Origin: an uncultured Thermoleophilia bacterium | Lineage (GTDB): Bacteria > Actinomycetota > Thermoleophilia > UBA2241 | Assembly (NCBI GenBank): GCA_963702475.1 | Contig: CAVPCT010000004.1 | Coordinates: 32,001 to 96,000 of the forward strand | DNA length: 64,000 nucleotides | Reading direction: 5' to 3' | Shown here: piece by piece, positions 12,033 through 26,127 of the stretch | Layout: every line of letters begins with the position of its first letter | Position numbering within the stretch: position 1 is the first letter of the stretch | Made by a program: the position numbers and the translations under genes | Notes under the pieces: generated by a model | Database searches by the model: none | What the model was told of the DNA's origin: nothing | Seen by the model: the letters and a program-made list of their open reading frames with translations, nothing else

Positions 12033-13577
12033 ATGGGCAAGAGCATGTTCGACATCCTGCGGGAGCTGGACGCCAAGCGCGCCGCAGCCCGCGCCGGCGG
12101 CGGAGCAGAGCGCATAGCGGCGCAGCACGCCCACGGCAAGCTCACCGCCCGCGAGCGCCTGGAAGTGCTGCTCGATCCCAACTCCTTCGAGGAGTGGGAC
12201 ATGTTCGTCGAGCACCGCTGCGGCGACTTCGGGATGGACCAGCGCAAGATCCCGGGCGACGGCGTGGTGACCGGGTACGGCACCGTCAACGGACGGCTCG
12301 TGTTCGTGTTCAGCCAGGATTTCACGGTGTTCGGCGGCTCGCTCTCCGAGGCCCACGCCGAGAAGATCTGCAAGATCATGGATCACGCCATGAGGGTGGG
12401 CGCACCCGTCATCGGCCTGAACGACTCGGGCGGGGCACGCATCCAGGAAGGGGTGGCTTCTCTGGGCGGCTACGCCGAGGTCTTCCAGCGCAACATCCTC
12501 GCCTCCGGCGTCATCCCGCAGATCTCCCTCATCATGGGTCCGTGCGCAGGGGGTGCGGTGTACTCGCCGGCGATGACCGATTTCATCTTCATGGTCAGGG
12601 ACTCCTCGTACATGTTCGTCACCGGTCCCGACGTGGTCCGCGCGGTGACCCACGAGGAGGTGACGGCGGAACAGCTCGGCGGCGCCTTCACCCACACGAC
12701 GAAGTCGGGCGTGGCCGACCTCGCCTTCGAGAACGACGTCGACGCTCTGCTCATGATCCGCCGTTTCATGAACTACCTGCCGGCGAACAGCCGCGAGGCC
12801 CCGCCGACGCAGCCGACCAGCGACCCTGCCGACCGCCTCGAGCCGTCGCTCGACAGCCTCGTGCCGGACGACCCCAACCAGCCGTACGACATCAAGGAGC
12901 TCATCTTCAAGGTCGTCGACGACTGGGAGTTCTTCGAGCTGCAGCCCGACTACGCGCGCAACATCGTCATCGGCCTGGCTCGCATGGACGGGCGGCCGGT
13001 CGGCGTGGTCGCCAACCAGCCGCTCGTCCTGGCCGGGTGTCTCGACGTGCGCTCCGCCGTCAAGGCGGCGCGGTTCGTGCGCTTCTGCGACGCCTTCAAC
13101 CTCCCGCTCGTCACGTTCGTCGACGTGCCCGGGTTCCTCCCCGGCATCGAGCAGGAGCAGGGCGGCATCATCAAGGACGGCGCCAAGCTCCTCTTCGCCT
13201 ACGGCGAGTGTACCGTGCCCAAGGTCACGGTCATCACCCGCAAAGCCTACGGGGGCGCCTACGACGTCATGAGCTCGAAGCATCTGCGCGGGGACGTGAA
13301 CTTCGCCTGGCCCTCGGCGGAGATCGCCGTCATGGGGCCCAAGGGCGCCGTGGAGATCGTCTTCCGGGCCGATCTCGGCGACCAGGAGAAGATCGCCGCC
13401 CGTGCGGAGGAGTACGCGAGGAAGTTCGCCAACCCGTTCGTCGCCGGGCACCGCGGCTTCATCGACGACGTCATCATGCCGAGCGAGACGCGCAAGAGGA
13501 TCTGCCGCTCCCTCGCCATGCTTCGCGACAAGCGACTGGAGAACCCGTGGCGCAAGCACAACACGATGCCGCTGTGA
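12033..13577 (+). CDS. pccB: Propionyl-CoA carboxylase beta (carboxyltransferase) subunit
   Basis: [30 protein letters not shown] and RKAYGGAY motifs. Confidence 0.92.
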   Translation: MGKSMFDILRELDAKRAAARAGGGAERIAAQHAHGKLTARERLEVLLDPNSFEEWDMFVEHRCGDFGMDQRKIPGDGVVTGYGTVNGRLVFVFSQDFTVFGGSLSEAHAEKICKIMDHAMRVGAPVIGLNDSGGARIQEGVASLGGYAEVFQRNILASGVIPQISLIMGPCAGGAVYSPAMTDFIFMVRDSSYMFVTGPDVVRAVTHEEVTAEQLGGAFTHTTKSGVADLAFENDVDALLMIRRFMNYLPANSREAPPTQPTSDPADRLEPSLDSLVPDDPNQPYDIKELIFKVVDDWEFFELQPDYARNIVIGLARMDGRPVGVVANQPLVLAGCLDVRSAVKAARFVRFCDAFNLPLVTFVDVPGFLPGIEQEQGGIIKDGAKLLFAYGECTVPKVTVITRKAYGGAYDVMSSKHLRGDVNFAWPSAEIAVMGPKGAVEIVFRADLGDQEKIAARAEEYARKFANPFVAGHRGFIDDVIMPSETRKRICRSLAMLRDKRLENPWRKHNTMPL

Positions 13578-13658
13578 GCGACCCCCTTGCGCGGCCGGGC
13601 CGCCGCCTGCTCCGCCCGGCTGCCGCCGCGCAGTGCGGACCACGACGCCGGTGACGCC

Positions 13659-15643
13659 GTGTTCGACAAGATCCTGATTGCCAACCGCGGCGAGATCGCC
13701 TGCCGCGTCATCAGGACCGCGCGACGGCTCGGCATCGCCACGGTGGCCGTGTTCTCGGAGGCCGATCGCGACGCTCTGCACCTGCGCCTGGCCGACGAGG
13801 GCGTCCCCATCGGCCCCGCGCCGGCCGGGCTCTCGTACCTGGACGTCGACAGGATCGTCGAGGCGTGCAGGCTGACCGGCGCGACCGCGGTGCACCCCTG
13901 TTACGGCTTCCTCGCTGAGAACGCCAGCTTCTGCGAGCGCCTCGAGGCCGAGGGCATCACGTTCATCGGCCCGCCGGCGGCCTCCATCCGCGCCATGGGC
14001 GACAAGATCGCCGCGAAGCAGCTGGCCGAACGCGCGGGGCTCGCCGTGATCCCCGGCTCACAGCTCGTGGCCGGGGGCGACGAGCCGGCGCTGACCGCCG
14101 CCGAGCAGGTCGGCTACCCGGTGATGCTCAAGGCTGCGGCCGGGGGCGGCGGCAAGGGCATGCGCGTCGCCTGGAGCCCCGACCAGCTGCTCGAATCGCT
14201 CGGCCCCTGCCGGGCCGAAGCGCGCAACAGCTTCGGCGACGACCGCGTCTTCCTCGAGAGATACATCGTGGATCCGCGACACATCGAGTTCCAGGTGCTC
14301 GGGGACGCACACGGCGACGTCGTCCACCTCTGGGAGCGCGAGTGCTCCATCCAGCGCCGGCACCAGAAGGTCATCGAGGAGGCGCCGTCGCCGTTCCTCG
14401 ACCAGGCGACGCGCGAGAAGATGGGCTCGCAGGCGGTCGCGCTCGCGAAGGCCGCCGGGTACCGTTCGGCCGGTACGGTGGAGTTCGTCGTCGACGGGGA
14501 CGGCGCATTCTACTTCCTCGAGATGAACACGCGTATCCAGGTCGAGCATCCGGTCACGGAGATGATCACCGGCCTCGACCTGGTGGAGGCCATGATCCGC
14601 ATCGCGGCGGGAGAACAGCTCCCGGTCAGGCAGGAGGACGTGCGCAGCGACGGCTGGGCGCTCGAGTGCCGCATCAACGCGGAGGACCCGTTCCACAACT
14701 TCCTGCCGTCGGTCGGACGCCTCGTCCGCTACCTGCCGCCCGCCGAGGTCGACGGCCACGTGCGGGTGGACACGGGCGTGGAGGAGGGCGACACCGTCAC
14801 GCCCCACTACGACTCGCTCGTCGCCAAGCTCATCACGCACGAGGCGACGCGCGCGGATGCCGTCGCGAGCATGCGCGCAGCGCTCGACCGATTCGTCGTC
14901 CGCGGCGTGAGCACCAACATCGCCTTCCAGGCGGCCCTGCTGCGGCACCCCCGCTTCACGAGCGGCGACTTCCACACCGGCTTCATGGCCCAGGAGTATC
15001 CAGACGGCTTCGACGCCACCGACATGCCGCACGTCGACAAGGTCCTGCTCATTGCGGTCGCCGCCTTGGTCCACCGTACCCGCATCGACCGGCAGGCTTC
15101 GGTCTCCGGCCAGCTGCCGGGGCACGAGCTCAAGGTCGCCGAGGAGTGGACCGTCGTCCTGGACGGTGAACGACACCCCGTCGCCGTCGCGCCCGCGAGG
15201 GGCGGCTACATCGTGACGTACGAAGGTCAGGCGATGAAGATCGTCTCCGGATGGCGGCTCGGCCAGCCTCTCCTCTCCGGCACCCGTGACGGTACGCCGT
15301 TCTGCATCCAGGTCGAGCACGTGGGAATGAAGTACCGGCTCACGTACAGCGGCACCCAGGCCGATGTCCGCGTCATGTCGGCCCGCGCGACCGAGCTGCT
15401 GCTGCGCATGCCGGAGAAGCCGCCCCGCGACCTCGGCGGCGTTCTGCTCTCGCCCATGCCCGGCGTGCTCACCAGGCTCGACGTGGCGGAAGGGCAGCAG
15501 GTCCGGACCGGCGAACCTCTTGCTGTGGTAGAAGCCATGAAGATGGAGAACGTCCTGCGTGCAGAAAGCGACTGCCTGGTCTCCAGGCTGCTGCTGGAGC
15601 CCGGCGACAGCGTGACCGTCGGCCAGCCGATCATGGAGTTCGG

Positions 15644-15647
<4 letters not shown>
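13659..15647 (+). CDS. pccA: Propionyl-CoA carboxylase alpha subunit (biotin carboxylase + BCCP)
   Basis: [31 protein letters not shown] and the EAMKM biotinylation motif. Confidence 0.92.
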
Positions 15648-17826
<2,179 letters not shown>

Positions 17827-17830
<4 letters not shown>

Positions 17831-18867
17831 GTCGAGCGTCGTCATCCGGGCGGCCTCCCTCGCCCGAAGAGCTTGCGACGCAGGTCCGCCGCGGAGACCG
17901 GCGCGCACTGGCCAGGGCCATCACGCTCGTCGAGTCGACGCACCCGAGCGACCAGGCCAGAGCCCTGGCCCTGCTCGAGGCGCTCCATCCCCACGCCGGC
18001 GGCTCCCTGCGCATCGGCGTGTCCGGCGCCCCCGGCGTCGGGAAGTCCACCCTCGTCGAGGCGCTGGGGCTCAGGATCATCGAGGCCGGGCACCGGCCTG
18101 CCGTCCTCGCCGTGGACCCGTCGTCATCGCTCTCCGGCGGATCCGTGCTCGGAGACAAGACCCGTATGGAGCATCTGGCCCATCGTGAGGCGGCCTTCAT
18201 CCGCCCGTCCCCGGCGGCGGGCGCGCGCGGCGGCGTGGCCGCGCGCACGCCGGAGACCATCGAGGTGTGCGAGGCCGCCGGGTTCGACGTCGTGTTCGTC
18301 GAGACCGTCGGCGTCGGTCAAGCCGAGGCCGAAGTGGCCGGCATGACCGACGTGTTCGCCCTGCTGGACCTGCCGTTCGCCGGGGACGGGCTGCAGGCCA
18401 TCAAGCGAGGAGCCACGGAGCTGGCGGACGTGGTCGTGTACACCAAGGCGGACCTCGACGCCGCTGCTGCGGCCGTCGCCTGCGAGCGCATGAACGAGGC
18501 CTTCCAGCTGCTGCGCCCCGTGCGCGTCTCGTGGCGCCCCCGGGCACTCGCAGTGAGCGCCCTCACCGGAGCCGGCGTGGACGCACTGTGGGAGCACCTC
18601 GCAGAGTCGAGGGACCTCGCCGTCGCCAACGGGGAGACCGACGCCCGGCGCGCGCAGCAGGCGGTCGCTCGTCTGACGGCGCTCATCGACGCGGGGCTGC
18701 GTAGCACCCTGCTGCGCCAGGCGGGGCTGGACGAGCGCCTTGCTGCTCTCGAGAAGGCCGTGGCCCTCGGCCGGACATCCCCGCTGGCCGCGGCCGAGGT
18801 GTTCCTGGATGCGGCCGTCCGGCGCATGACAGCATCTGACCCGGCCGCGCGCCCGGCCGGCGCCTGA
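17827..18867 (+). CDS. meaB: Methylmalonyl-CoA mutase-associated GTPase
   Basis: [26 protein letters not shown] and VETVGVGQ motifs. Confidence 0.92.
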
Positions 18868-18887
18868 CGCGCCGGCCGGGCGCGCGG
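18845..18887. terminator. GC-rich hairpin at the meaB 3' end between convergent genes
   Basis: 19-bp perfect stem CCGCGCGCCCGGCCGGCGC with loop CTGAC. Confidence 0.6.
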
Positions 18888-18900
18888 GGCGCGCGAGACC

Positions 18901-19392
18901 TCACTCGTGCGCCGGCGCCTCGGCCTGGGGGGTCAGCGCTGCGATCACATCCGGGGGCGCCTGCACCAACTCGATGAGCACGCCCTCACCCCCTAGCGGC
19001 GATTCCTCGCTCCCCTTGGGGTGGATGAAGCACACGTCGTAGCCGGAAGCCCCTCTCCTGATGCCGCCCGCGGCGAAGCGCACACCCCGGGCGGCGAGCC
19101 AGTCACGAGCGGCCGCCAGGTCGTTCACCCAGAGGCCGATGTGATTGAGGGCCGGCTCGTCCACACGCGGGCGGGCATCCGGGTCGATCGGCTGCATCAG
19201 GTCGATCTCGCAGCGGTGAGCGCCGGTGCCCAGCGACAGGATGGCCTCATCCACGTTCTCCGCAGCCGACTGGTTGCTGCCCGACGGCGTGAGTCCGAGG
19301 TGGTCCACCCACAGGGTCGCGAGGCGGCGCCGGTCTCGCGCCCCGATGGCGATCTGCTGCACCCCAAGGACTCTGAAAGGGCGATCGCTCAC
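18901..19392 (-). CDS. VOC-family protein, probable methylmalonyl-CoA epimerase
   Basis: [21 protein letters not shown] and GVLIELVQ; adjacent to mutase and meaB; GTG start at 19392. Confidence 0.75.
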   Translation of the reverse strand: MSDRPFRVLGVQQIAIGARDRRRLATLWVDHLGLTPSGSNQSAAENVDEAILSLGTGAHRCEIDLMQPIDPDARPRVDEPALNHIGLWVNDLAAARDWLAARGVRFAAGGIRRGASGYDVCFIHPKGSEESPLGGEGVLIELVQAPPDVIAALTPQAEAPAHE

Positions 19393-19578
19393 ACGCGGCT
19401 CCCATCCGTGCTTCCGGACCGTGACGGCCAGATCAGGCGCAGCAGGACTTCCTCGCCGCGCCCGGCTATCCTCTCCGACGCCACGGTCGAAGCCCAAGCC
19501 TCGGCTGCAGCGACCCATCCCCTGGGCCGGGCTCGCCCGCAGGCAGCTGCAGACGACAGGCGAGCCCGGCCCGGTCGC

Positions 19579-21048
19579 TTACCGGCTCACCCCCAGCTCC
19601 CGCTCCGCCTCGGCGACGATGGCCGCCATCTCGGCGGCCGCACCCTCGGGCAGGGGCGTGGGCTCGTGGCTCTCGAGGATGCGCATCGCCTCGGCGCGGG
19701 CCCGCTCGTAGAGGCTCGTCGAACCGGCTGCCGTCCACTCCTCGCGGACGCGGCGGTCGATGAGCCGCGGCTGGCTCTGCTCGCGCATGTGGCGGTAGGT
19801 GTCCTCGTGGGCGAGGAAGTCGCTGAAGGGGCCGACGTCGTGGATCACGTCGACCGAGAGGGTCTCGTCGTTCACGGGGACGCCGTTCACGCAGAACTTG
19901 ATGAGGCGCGCGAACTCGTTGTCCATGACGAGCTGCGCGTAGTCGATGGTCATGCCCGACTCCAGCATCCCGGCCCCGTAGATCAGGTTGGCACCTGCCA
20001 ACGCTGGGAGGAGCCCGGTGAGGGTCTTCTCGTGGCCGGACTGGGCGTCGACCAGCTTGGAGTCGCCCTACTGCCCGGCGACCCAGCTGGGCAGCAGGTA
20101 GTAGCGCGCCAGACAGGCCACGGCGGAGTTGATGAGGGCGCACTCGGGGGAGCCCACGGAGGCGGAGGCGAAGCGGAGGTCGATGGCCGTGGTCGACGAC
20201 CCGTACACCATCGGGGCGCCCTTGCGCACGAGCTGCGCGAGCGTGATGCTCGACAGCACCTCGGCGTTATGGGTGACCACCGTCCCCGCCAGGCTGGCCG
20301 GCGAGGACCCGCCCGCCATGGCCATGGAGACCACGTTGACCGGCACGCCCGAGCGTGCTCCGTCCATGACGATCTCGCACATGTCGCGGATCAGCTTGAG
20401 CGGGCTCACCGGACATGTCACGAACGACAGGATCGGATGCTCGCGCAGCCGCTCCGCGCCGCCGACGATGGCGGCCGCCATCTCGCGCATGCGGCCCGAC
20501 AGATAGCCGTTCATCGATCCGACGAAGGCGTGCTTGGAGCAGTTCGTCAGCATGGCCTCGGCGTTGTGCAGCGGCTGTGTCTCCGCCGGCACGTCGTGCG
20601 CCCCCAGCGGCCGCTCGATGACGTCGATCTCGGGCAGGGCGTCGATGATGCGCGAGCAGTCGCCGACGTCCTTCTTCGTCGTCGGCCGCAGTTCGCCGGT
20701 GTAGGGGTCGATGACGCTGATGCCCTCGCCGAAGTTGGTGAAGCCGACGCGGCCGTCCTCGAGGACGACGTCGTGCTTGGGGTCGCGGCCGTACAGGACG
20801 AGGCGCGAGGGCGTCGAGCGGATCGCGTCCTCGACCACGTGCCCGGGGATCTTGACGATGCCGTCGGCCTCGACCCTGCAGCCGGCGCCGTGGAAGAGCT
20901 CCTGGGCCTCCTCGTCCTCCACGAACACGCCGGTGCGCTCGAGCACATCCAGTGTCGCCATGTGGATGTCGGTGAGCTCGTCCGGCGTGAACACCTCCAG
21001 GTGCAGGCCTCCGCTGCGGCGGTGGCCCGCCTGCAGGTTCCGTCTCAT
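19579..21048 (-). CDS. mttB: Pyrrolysine-containing MttB family methyltransferase, copy B; in-frame TAG at 20070-20068
   Basis: The 326-aa ORF ends SWVAGQ-TAG and continues in frame to TAA 19579 (489 aa). Confidence 0.92.
19589..20181 (-). repeat. Inverted identical copy of 6498-7090
   Basis: Same length (593 bp) and identical translations in several frames. Confidence 0.85.
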
Positions 21049-21072
21049 CTCATCGCCTCCCTTCGCGAGCGC

Positions 21073-21399
21073 TCATGCGAACGCGCCCGCAAGCCGCTTC
21101 GATTGTCCCACTGCCGCCGCTGCGCCGGCGCCGCACGCGTCCGCACCGATCTCGTCGGCGAAGCCCTGCCTTGCTGGAGCGCCTCCGACCATCGCTCCGA
21201 CCTAGCCGCGCATGCCACCCGTTTCGAGGAGCGCGATGGTCTCGCTCTTCCGCGGGACCGCGCTCCTCTGGTCGGCGATGGCGGTCGTCGCGGCACCGCT
21301 ACCCCCCTCCGTGCCGTCTGCGCCATCCGGCGGCTTGGGAACAGGGGGGCTGGACCGGTGTCTCGCCGACACCTTGCGCTGCGCCGCCTTGGCCGTCAT
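21073..21399 (-). pseudogene. Degenerate corrinoid (B12-binding) protein remnant with in-frame TAG at 21204-21202
   Basis: Reading through the TAG gives ETIALLETGGMRG*VGAMVGGAPARQGFADEIGADACGAGAAAAVGQSKRLA, the typical C-terminus of MttC-like corrinoid proteins. There is no DxHxxG motif; a GGGAGG RBS is present. Confidence 0.75.
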
Positions 21400-21419
21400 G
21401 CGGCCTCCCCGCCCGACAC

Positions 21420-21461
21420 ACGTTACTCACCATCCGTCTGGTGTCCAACGAACGGATAGTG
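21420..21461 (-). promoter_or_regulatory. Promoter and TetR-type operators upstream of the corrinoid remnant and mttB copy B
   Basis: CACCATCCGTCTGGTG (21428-21443) and imperfect CAACGAACGGATAGTG (21446-21461); minus-strand TTGGAC-17-TAACGT. Confidence 0.65.
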
Positions 21462-21546
21462 TGCAATCTAGGCGCCAGGCCGCACGCTGTCAATGAGACG
21501 TCCCGGGCCGCGCCCGCAGACGCGCGGCGCTCGTCGAAACACGCCG

Positions 21547-22215
21547 TCAGGCGGAGGGCGAGGGGTCCGTGGTCGCGTCCTCACGACCGCGGACCCAGCT
21601 CGTGAGAGCGCCGGCGAAGACCTCGTAAGCTGCGTCGACCGGGAATCTCTCCGCGCTGATCACGTTCTGGACGGCGAGACCGTCGACCACAGCGATGATC
21701 AGTTGGGCGAACCCGCGCGCCTGGTGCTCGTCCAGGCTCTCGAGGCTCTCGGCGAACAGCCTCAGGTACAGATCGACCGCCCACTCGTACATGTTCTCGA
21801 TGCGCTCGCTGTGGCGCTCGTCCCGCAGGATCGCCGGCAGCAGCTCCAGGAACGCCAGATAGGCCTGCGTGTTCTCGCTCATCTCGCGCTTGGCCTGCAC
21901 GAAGGCAGCCATCCGCTCGTCGACCGAGAGTCCTTCCGCCGGCGGAAGGTCGAGCAGCGGAACGAGCAGAGCGATGTTGTCGTGCACCCAGCTGTCCACG
22001 ACGAGCTCCATGAGACCCGCCTTGTTGCGGAAGTAGTACCGCACCGCGGTCTTGTGCAGACCGCACTCCTCGGCGATGTTCTCCAGGCTGAGATAGCCGT
22101 AGCCCTTCTCGATCAGAAGCCGCCGCGTGATCTCCACGATGCGTCGCGCCGTCGGCGGCAGCTCGGCGAGTGGGTCCGGCACGGGATCACGCGGTGCGGG
22201 CGAGTCGACGGCCAC
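21547..22215 (-). CDS. TetR family transcriptional regulator (paralog 1)
   Basis: RRIVEITRRLLIEKGYGYLSLENIAEECGLHKTAVRYYFRNK HTH; GTG start after GAGGAGGAG. Confidence 0.9.
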   Translation of the reverse strand: MAVDSPAPRDPVPDPLAELPPTARRIVEITRRLLIEKGYGYLSLENIAEECGLHKTAVRYYFRNKAGLMELVVDSWVHDNIALLVPLLDLPPAEGLSVDERMAAFVQAKREMSENTQAYLAFLELLPAILRDERHSERIENMYEWAVDLYLRLFAESLESLDEHQARGFAQLIIAVVDGLAVQNVISAERFPVDAAYEVFAGALTSWVRGREDATTDPSPSA

Positions 22216-22306
22216 ATCTCCTCCTCGTTGAGCGGGTGGTGCACTGGAGACACCCCTGGCGCCGGCAGTGGCCGGCGCTTGCCCGGCAGGCGCAGCATAC
22301 CTCAAG

Positions 22307-22420
22307 CACCATCCGAATGGTGCGTTGGGTCCGTCGGCCCGCCGCGAGAATCCGCGTTGACAGCCACCGCCCGGATGCTATATTTGCGTCCACCATGTGG
22401 TGGCCACCAGCCGACTGGTG
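22307..22420. promoter_or_regulatory. Divergent promoter region with two TetR-type operators
   Basis: CACCATCCGAATGGTG (22307-22322), TTGACA (22357)-16-TATATT (22379) and CACCAGCCGACTGGTG (22405-22420). Confidence 0.7.
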
Positions 22421-22536
22421 CAACCTTACTCCTCACGCCGAAAGCGAGTGCAGCCGTGACAGTCGTAGACGACGTCGTGCAGAGGCAGACCAGGGTGGAC
22501 CCGGCCCGCTTCGATCTGGCCGGGTGCGACGCGACG

Positions 22537-23674
22537 ATGAAGGCCGTCGTGACCACCGGCAACGGCGGCTTCGACCAGCTCGACTACCGTGACGTGCCGA
22601 TACCTGTGCCGGCGTCGGGCGAGGTCCTGCTCCAGGTCCTCGCGGCGGGAGTGAACAACACGGAGATCAACACGCGGCTGGGCTGGTACTCCTCCTCAGT
22701 GACGGACAGCACCGAGAGCTTCGCCGAGACCCAGGCCGAAGCGGCCGAGGCCAAGGCCGACGGCGGCTGGGACCAGCCGACTCCGTTCCCCTTCATCCAG
22801 GGCACCGACTGCTGTGGCCGTATCGTCGAAGTCGGGCCGGGTGGAGACGAGAGCGTCCTTGGTAGCCGGGTCCTCGGTACGAGCCTGCATGCGACCGCTC
22901 GGGTACGGCTCGCTCGAGAACATCTGGATGGCCTCGGACTTCGACGGCGCGTTCGCGCAGTACGTGAAGGTCCCCGCCTCGGAGGTCTTCACCATCGAGT
23001 CCGATTGGAGCGACGTCGAGCTGGCAACGATCCCGTGCTCCTACGGCACAGCCGAGACCATGCTGCATCGCGCCGAGGTCGGCGAGGGCGACCGCGTCCT
23101 CGTCACCGGCGCGTCCGGTGGGGTGGGCTCGGCTGCGGTGCAGCTCGCCAAGCGGCGCGGCGCCCACGTCATCGCCGAGGACATCTACCACTTCAGGCAC
23201 GTGCGAGACCTGCCAGAGCCCGACGCGTCGCGCGTGCGCAGCGAGTGGCTGGAGCAGCTGCACGCCGCAGGCGCGGACCGCGTGGTGGACGAAGGCGACG
23301 ACATCGTCGCCGTGCTGGGGCACCAGTCCGTGGACGTCGTGGTGGACAACGTGGGGGGGCCGGCGTTCGCGAGCCTCGTAGAGGCGCTGGCCAGAGGCGG
23401 ACGGTACGCTTCATCCGGCGCGATCGCGGGTCCCATCGTGTCGTTCGACAAGCGCTCCTTCTACCTGAAGGACCTCACGTTCTTCGGCATCACGGCGTGG
23501 GACGAACCCGTGTTCCCGAACCTCGTGTCGTACATAGAGCGTCACGAGATCCGGCCGCTGGTGGCCAGGACCTACCCATTGGCGAAGATCGCCGACGCCC
23601 AGCGCGAGTTCCTCGAGAAGAAGCACCTGGGGAAGTTCGTCCTCGTTCCGCCTCAGGCAGAGCCCAGGGGCTGA
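22537..23674 (+). CDS. MDR-family (Zn-binding alcohol dehydrogenase-like/quinone reductase) oxidoreductase; apparent frameshift near 22877
   Basis: MKAVV...VLLQVLAAGVNNTE...QGTDCCG in one frame, then VLVTGASGGVGSAAVQLAK and HLGKFVL in another. Confidence 0.8.
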
Positions 23675-23946
23675 GACGCTGCCGGCCGAAGTGACCACTC
23701 CCGGCACACAGCCTCGGACACGTGAGTCCGCCGAGATCGAGAGCCGTCTGTGCGGGCATCCGCACAGCGCCTCCGGAAGTGTCCAGACCTGACGCCGGGG
23801 CAGGGTCGCCCTCGACCGCCGGGCCGCTGACAGCCGCCCGCGTGACGCGTGGAGTGTTGTAGGAGCACACGAGAGGAGAGTCCGGAGCCCGTGGGGAGGC
23901 GGGCTGCCAAGCCGATTCGCAAAGCGCAAGCAAGGGGGATTCAAGT

Positions 23947-25632
23947 ATGGCCAGTGAGAAGTACACGAAGGAATACGAGCACCAACTGGTGGACCTGGTC
24001 CGTCGGGGCAAGATGACGCGGCGCCAGATGCTCGTCAGGGCCTCCGTCTTCGGCCTCTCGGCGACGGTCGCCGGCCAGCTGCTGGCCGCCTGCGGCAGCG
24101 ACGAAGGCGGCGAGACCACGTCAGCCTCGCCGTCGGCTGCCGCCGGGCCCGAGCCCGTCATGGGCGGCACCCTCAAGGTCATCATCTCGCCGTCGATCAC
24201 CGACATCGACCCGGTCACGATCTACGACCAGGGCGGCATCACGCTCATCTCGCAGTTCTGCGAGTACCTCATCAACCTCAAGGACGACATGACGCTGGAG
24301 GGCCGGCTGGCGGAGAGCTGGACGCCGAACGACACGGGCGACGTCTGGACCTTCACGCTGCGCCAGGGCATCATGTTCAACGACGGCAGCCCCTTCGAGG
24401 CACCGGACGTCGTCTCCACGATGGACCGCCTCGTCGATCCCAAGAGCGGCTCGGCCGCCCAGGCCGCCCTGCTCGGTATCCTCTCCGTCGGCGGCACGCA
24501 GGCAGTCGACCAGTACACGGTCGCATTCAATCTCGACAAGCCGTTCGCGGACTTCCCGTACATGGTGTGCACCTCCTCGTACAACACCGTGATGCTGCCG
24601 CGAAACTACAAGGGCGATTGGGTCAAGAACCCCGTGGGCACCGGTCCCTGGCTGCTCGAGAAGTACGTGGCCAAGCAGTCGTGCACCGCCACCAAGAAGC
24701 CCGACTACTGGCGCAAGGACGAGCAGGGCCGGCAGCTGCCGTACATGGACCAGATCGACTGGATCATGATCGCGGACGAGTCGGCCTCCACGCTACAGCT
24801 CCAGTCGGGGACCGCGGACGTACAGGCCCAGACGGTCTTCCAGGGGGCGCAGCCCTTGTGGACCGACCCCGACATCCGGGTGGACATCTACCCGTCTCCG
24901 GGCATCCGCGAGCTCCAGATGAACACCCTGAAGGAGCCCTTCACGGACAAGAGGGTGCGCCAGGCAGTCGCCCTCAGCCTCGACCGCGTGGCGATCAACC
25001 AGGCGCTCTTCGACGGCAAGAGCATCATCGGCAACGACACCTTCTTCCAGACACCGCCGTACCCCGATCAGCCCCCGACTGTGGAACGCGTCCAGGATCA
25101 CGAGAAGGCCAAGGCGCTCCTGGCCGAGGCTGGGTACCCCGACGGTCTCGACGTCACGCTGACCGCTGAGGAGTACCTGGAAGTCCCCCAGTACGCACAG
25201 CTCATCCAGGCGCAGTGCAAGCCGGCCGGCATCAACGTCAAGATCCAGCCGATCCCGTACGAGCAGTGGTACGCCGGCGCCAACGACGTGACGCCGTGGC
25301 TCAACGTGCCGTTCGGCATCACCGAGTGGGGTCCGCGCCCGACCCCCGGCGTGTTCGTGCAGGCCATGCTCCTGCCCGAGAGCGCCTGGAGCTCCTCGCA
25401 CTGGAACAACCAGGAGTTCGCGGGCATCTTCGAGCAGTACATGTCCACCACCGACGAGGCCGCACGGCTCGATCTGGCCACGCAGCTCTCGACGATCCAG
25501 CAGGAGGACACACCCATCATCGTGGCCTTCTACATCACGCAGCTGCGTGCCCAGAAGAAGGCCGTGCATGGCATCACCGGTCCAGGCGCCTTCTACTGTG
25601 ACGTGTCCGGCGCATTCATCGCGAACGCGTGA
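23947..25632 (+). CDS. ABC transporter family-5 (peptide/nickel type) solute-binding lipoprotein with Tat signal
   Basis: MTRRQML twin-arginine motif, LLAAC lipobox, WTFTLRQG..FNDGSP and GTGPW. Confidence 0.9.
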   Translation: MASEKYTKEYEHQLVDLVRRGKMTRRQMLVRASVFGLSATVAGQLLAACGSDEGGETTSASPSAAAGPEPVMGGTLKVIISPSITDIDPVTIYDQGGITLISQFCEYLINLKDDMTLEGRLAESWTPNDTGDVWTFTLRQGIMFNDGSPFEAPDVVSTMDRLVDPKSGSAAQAALLGILSVGGTQAVDQYTVAFNLDKPFADFPYMVCTSSYNTVMLPRNYKGDWVKNPVGTGPWLLEKYVAKQSCTATKKPDYWRKDEQGRQLPYMDQIDWIMIADESASTLQLQSGTADVQAQTVFQGAQPLWTDPDIRVDIYPSPGIRELQMNTLKEPFTDKRVRQAVALSLDRVAINQALFDGKSIIGNDTFFQTPPYPDQPPTVERVQDHEKAKALLAEAGYPDGLDVTLTAEEYLEVPQYAQLIQAQCKPAGINVKIQPIPYEQWYAGANDVTPWLNVPFGITEWGPRPTPGVFVQAMLLPESAWSSSHWNNQEFAGIFEQYMSTTDEAARLDLATQLSTIQQEDTPIIVAFYITQLRAQKKAVHGITGPGAFYCDVSGAFIANA

Positions 25633-25999
25633 CGAGAGCGGCCTGAAGAGGAGCTCGACCAGACGCAGGATTCTCGGGACGGCGCACTCCACGAGTCGCC
25701 GGTCGCCGCATGCGGCCAGACACCGCTCCCCGTGTCGGCAAGCGTGTGCGCACTTGCCGAGGTGCCGGCCGGCGTGGACTTCGCGCCCACGCCGGGAGTC
25801 CTGCGCCGCGTAAGGCGGGCCCCGAACCCCGGCGCCGGCAGTCCCCCGCCGGCGCCGGGGTCGCCCCGCCCCAGAGCCACCGAAGTCGACGCACCGGGTC
25901 GCATATTAGTCGTAGGGAAGACGGTCCTCGGTAATCGTATGCTGTCGTCAGGCCGACTGACAGAACATCAGGCCAGCATGACGCGTCCTCGGCACTAAT

Positions 26000-26044
26000 T
26001 GACCGGTCAGTCCGTTTGCCATCAGGCGGCGCCGTGTGTATGGT
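26000..26044 (+). promoter_or_regulatory. Probable promoter of the second SBP gene with an upstream palindrome
   Basis: TGACCGGTCA palindrome (26000-26009) and TTGCCA-17-TATGGT; a similar TTGCCA...TGTGTATCGT occurs near 36226-36254. Confidence 0.5.
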
Positions 26045-26127
26045 GAGCAACGTGGGGGAATCCGGCGCGATTCGGCACCGCGCCGGCCCAGCTCCAGGAG
26101 ATATGAATGATGGGGAGGCGTGCTTCG

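Noticed and set aside
10899-13895. Very long antisense or alternative-frame ORFs (e.g. 998, 846, 812 and 767 aa)
   Set aside because: They are shadows of real genes caused by high-GC codon bias and have no recognisable motifs.
25900-25990. Cobalamin riboswitch (AGGGAA..CGGT) upstream of SBP2
   Set aside because: The rest of the B12-box consensus is absent.
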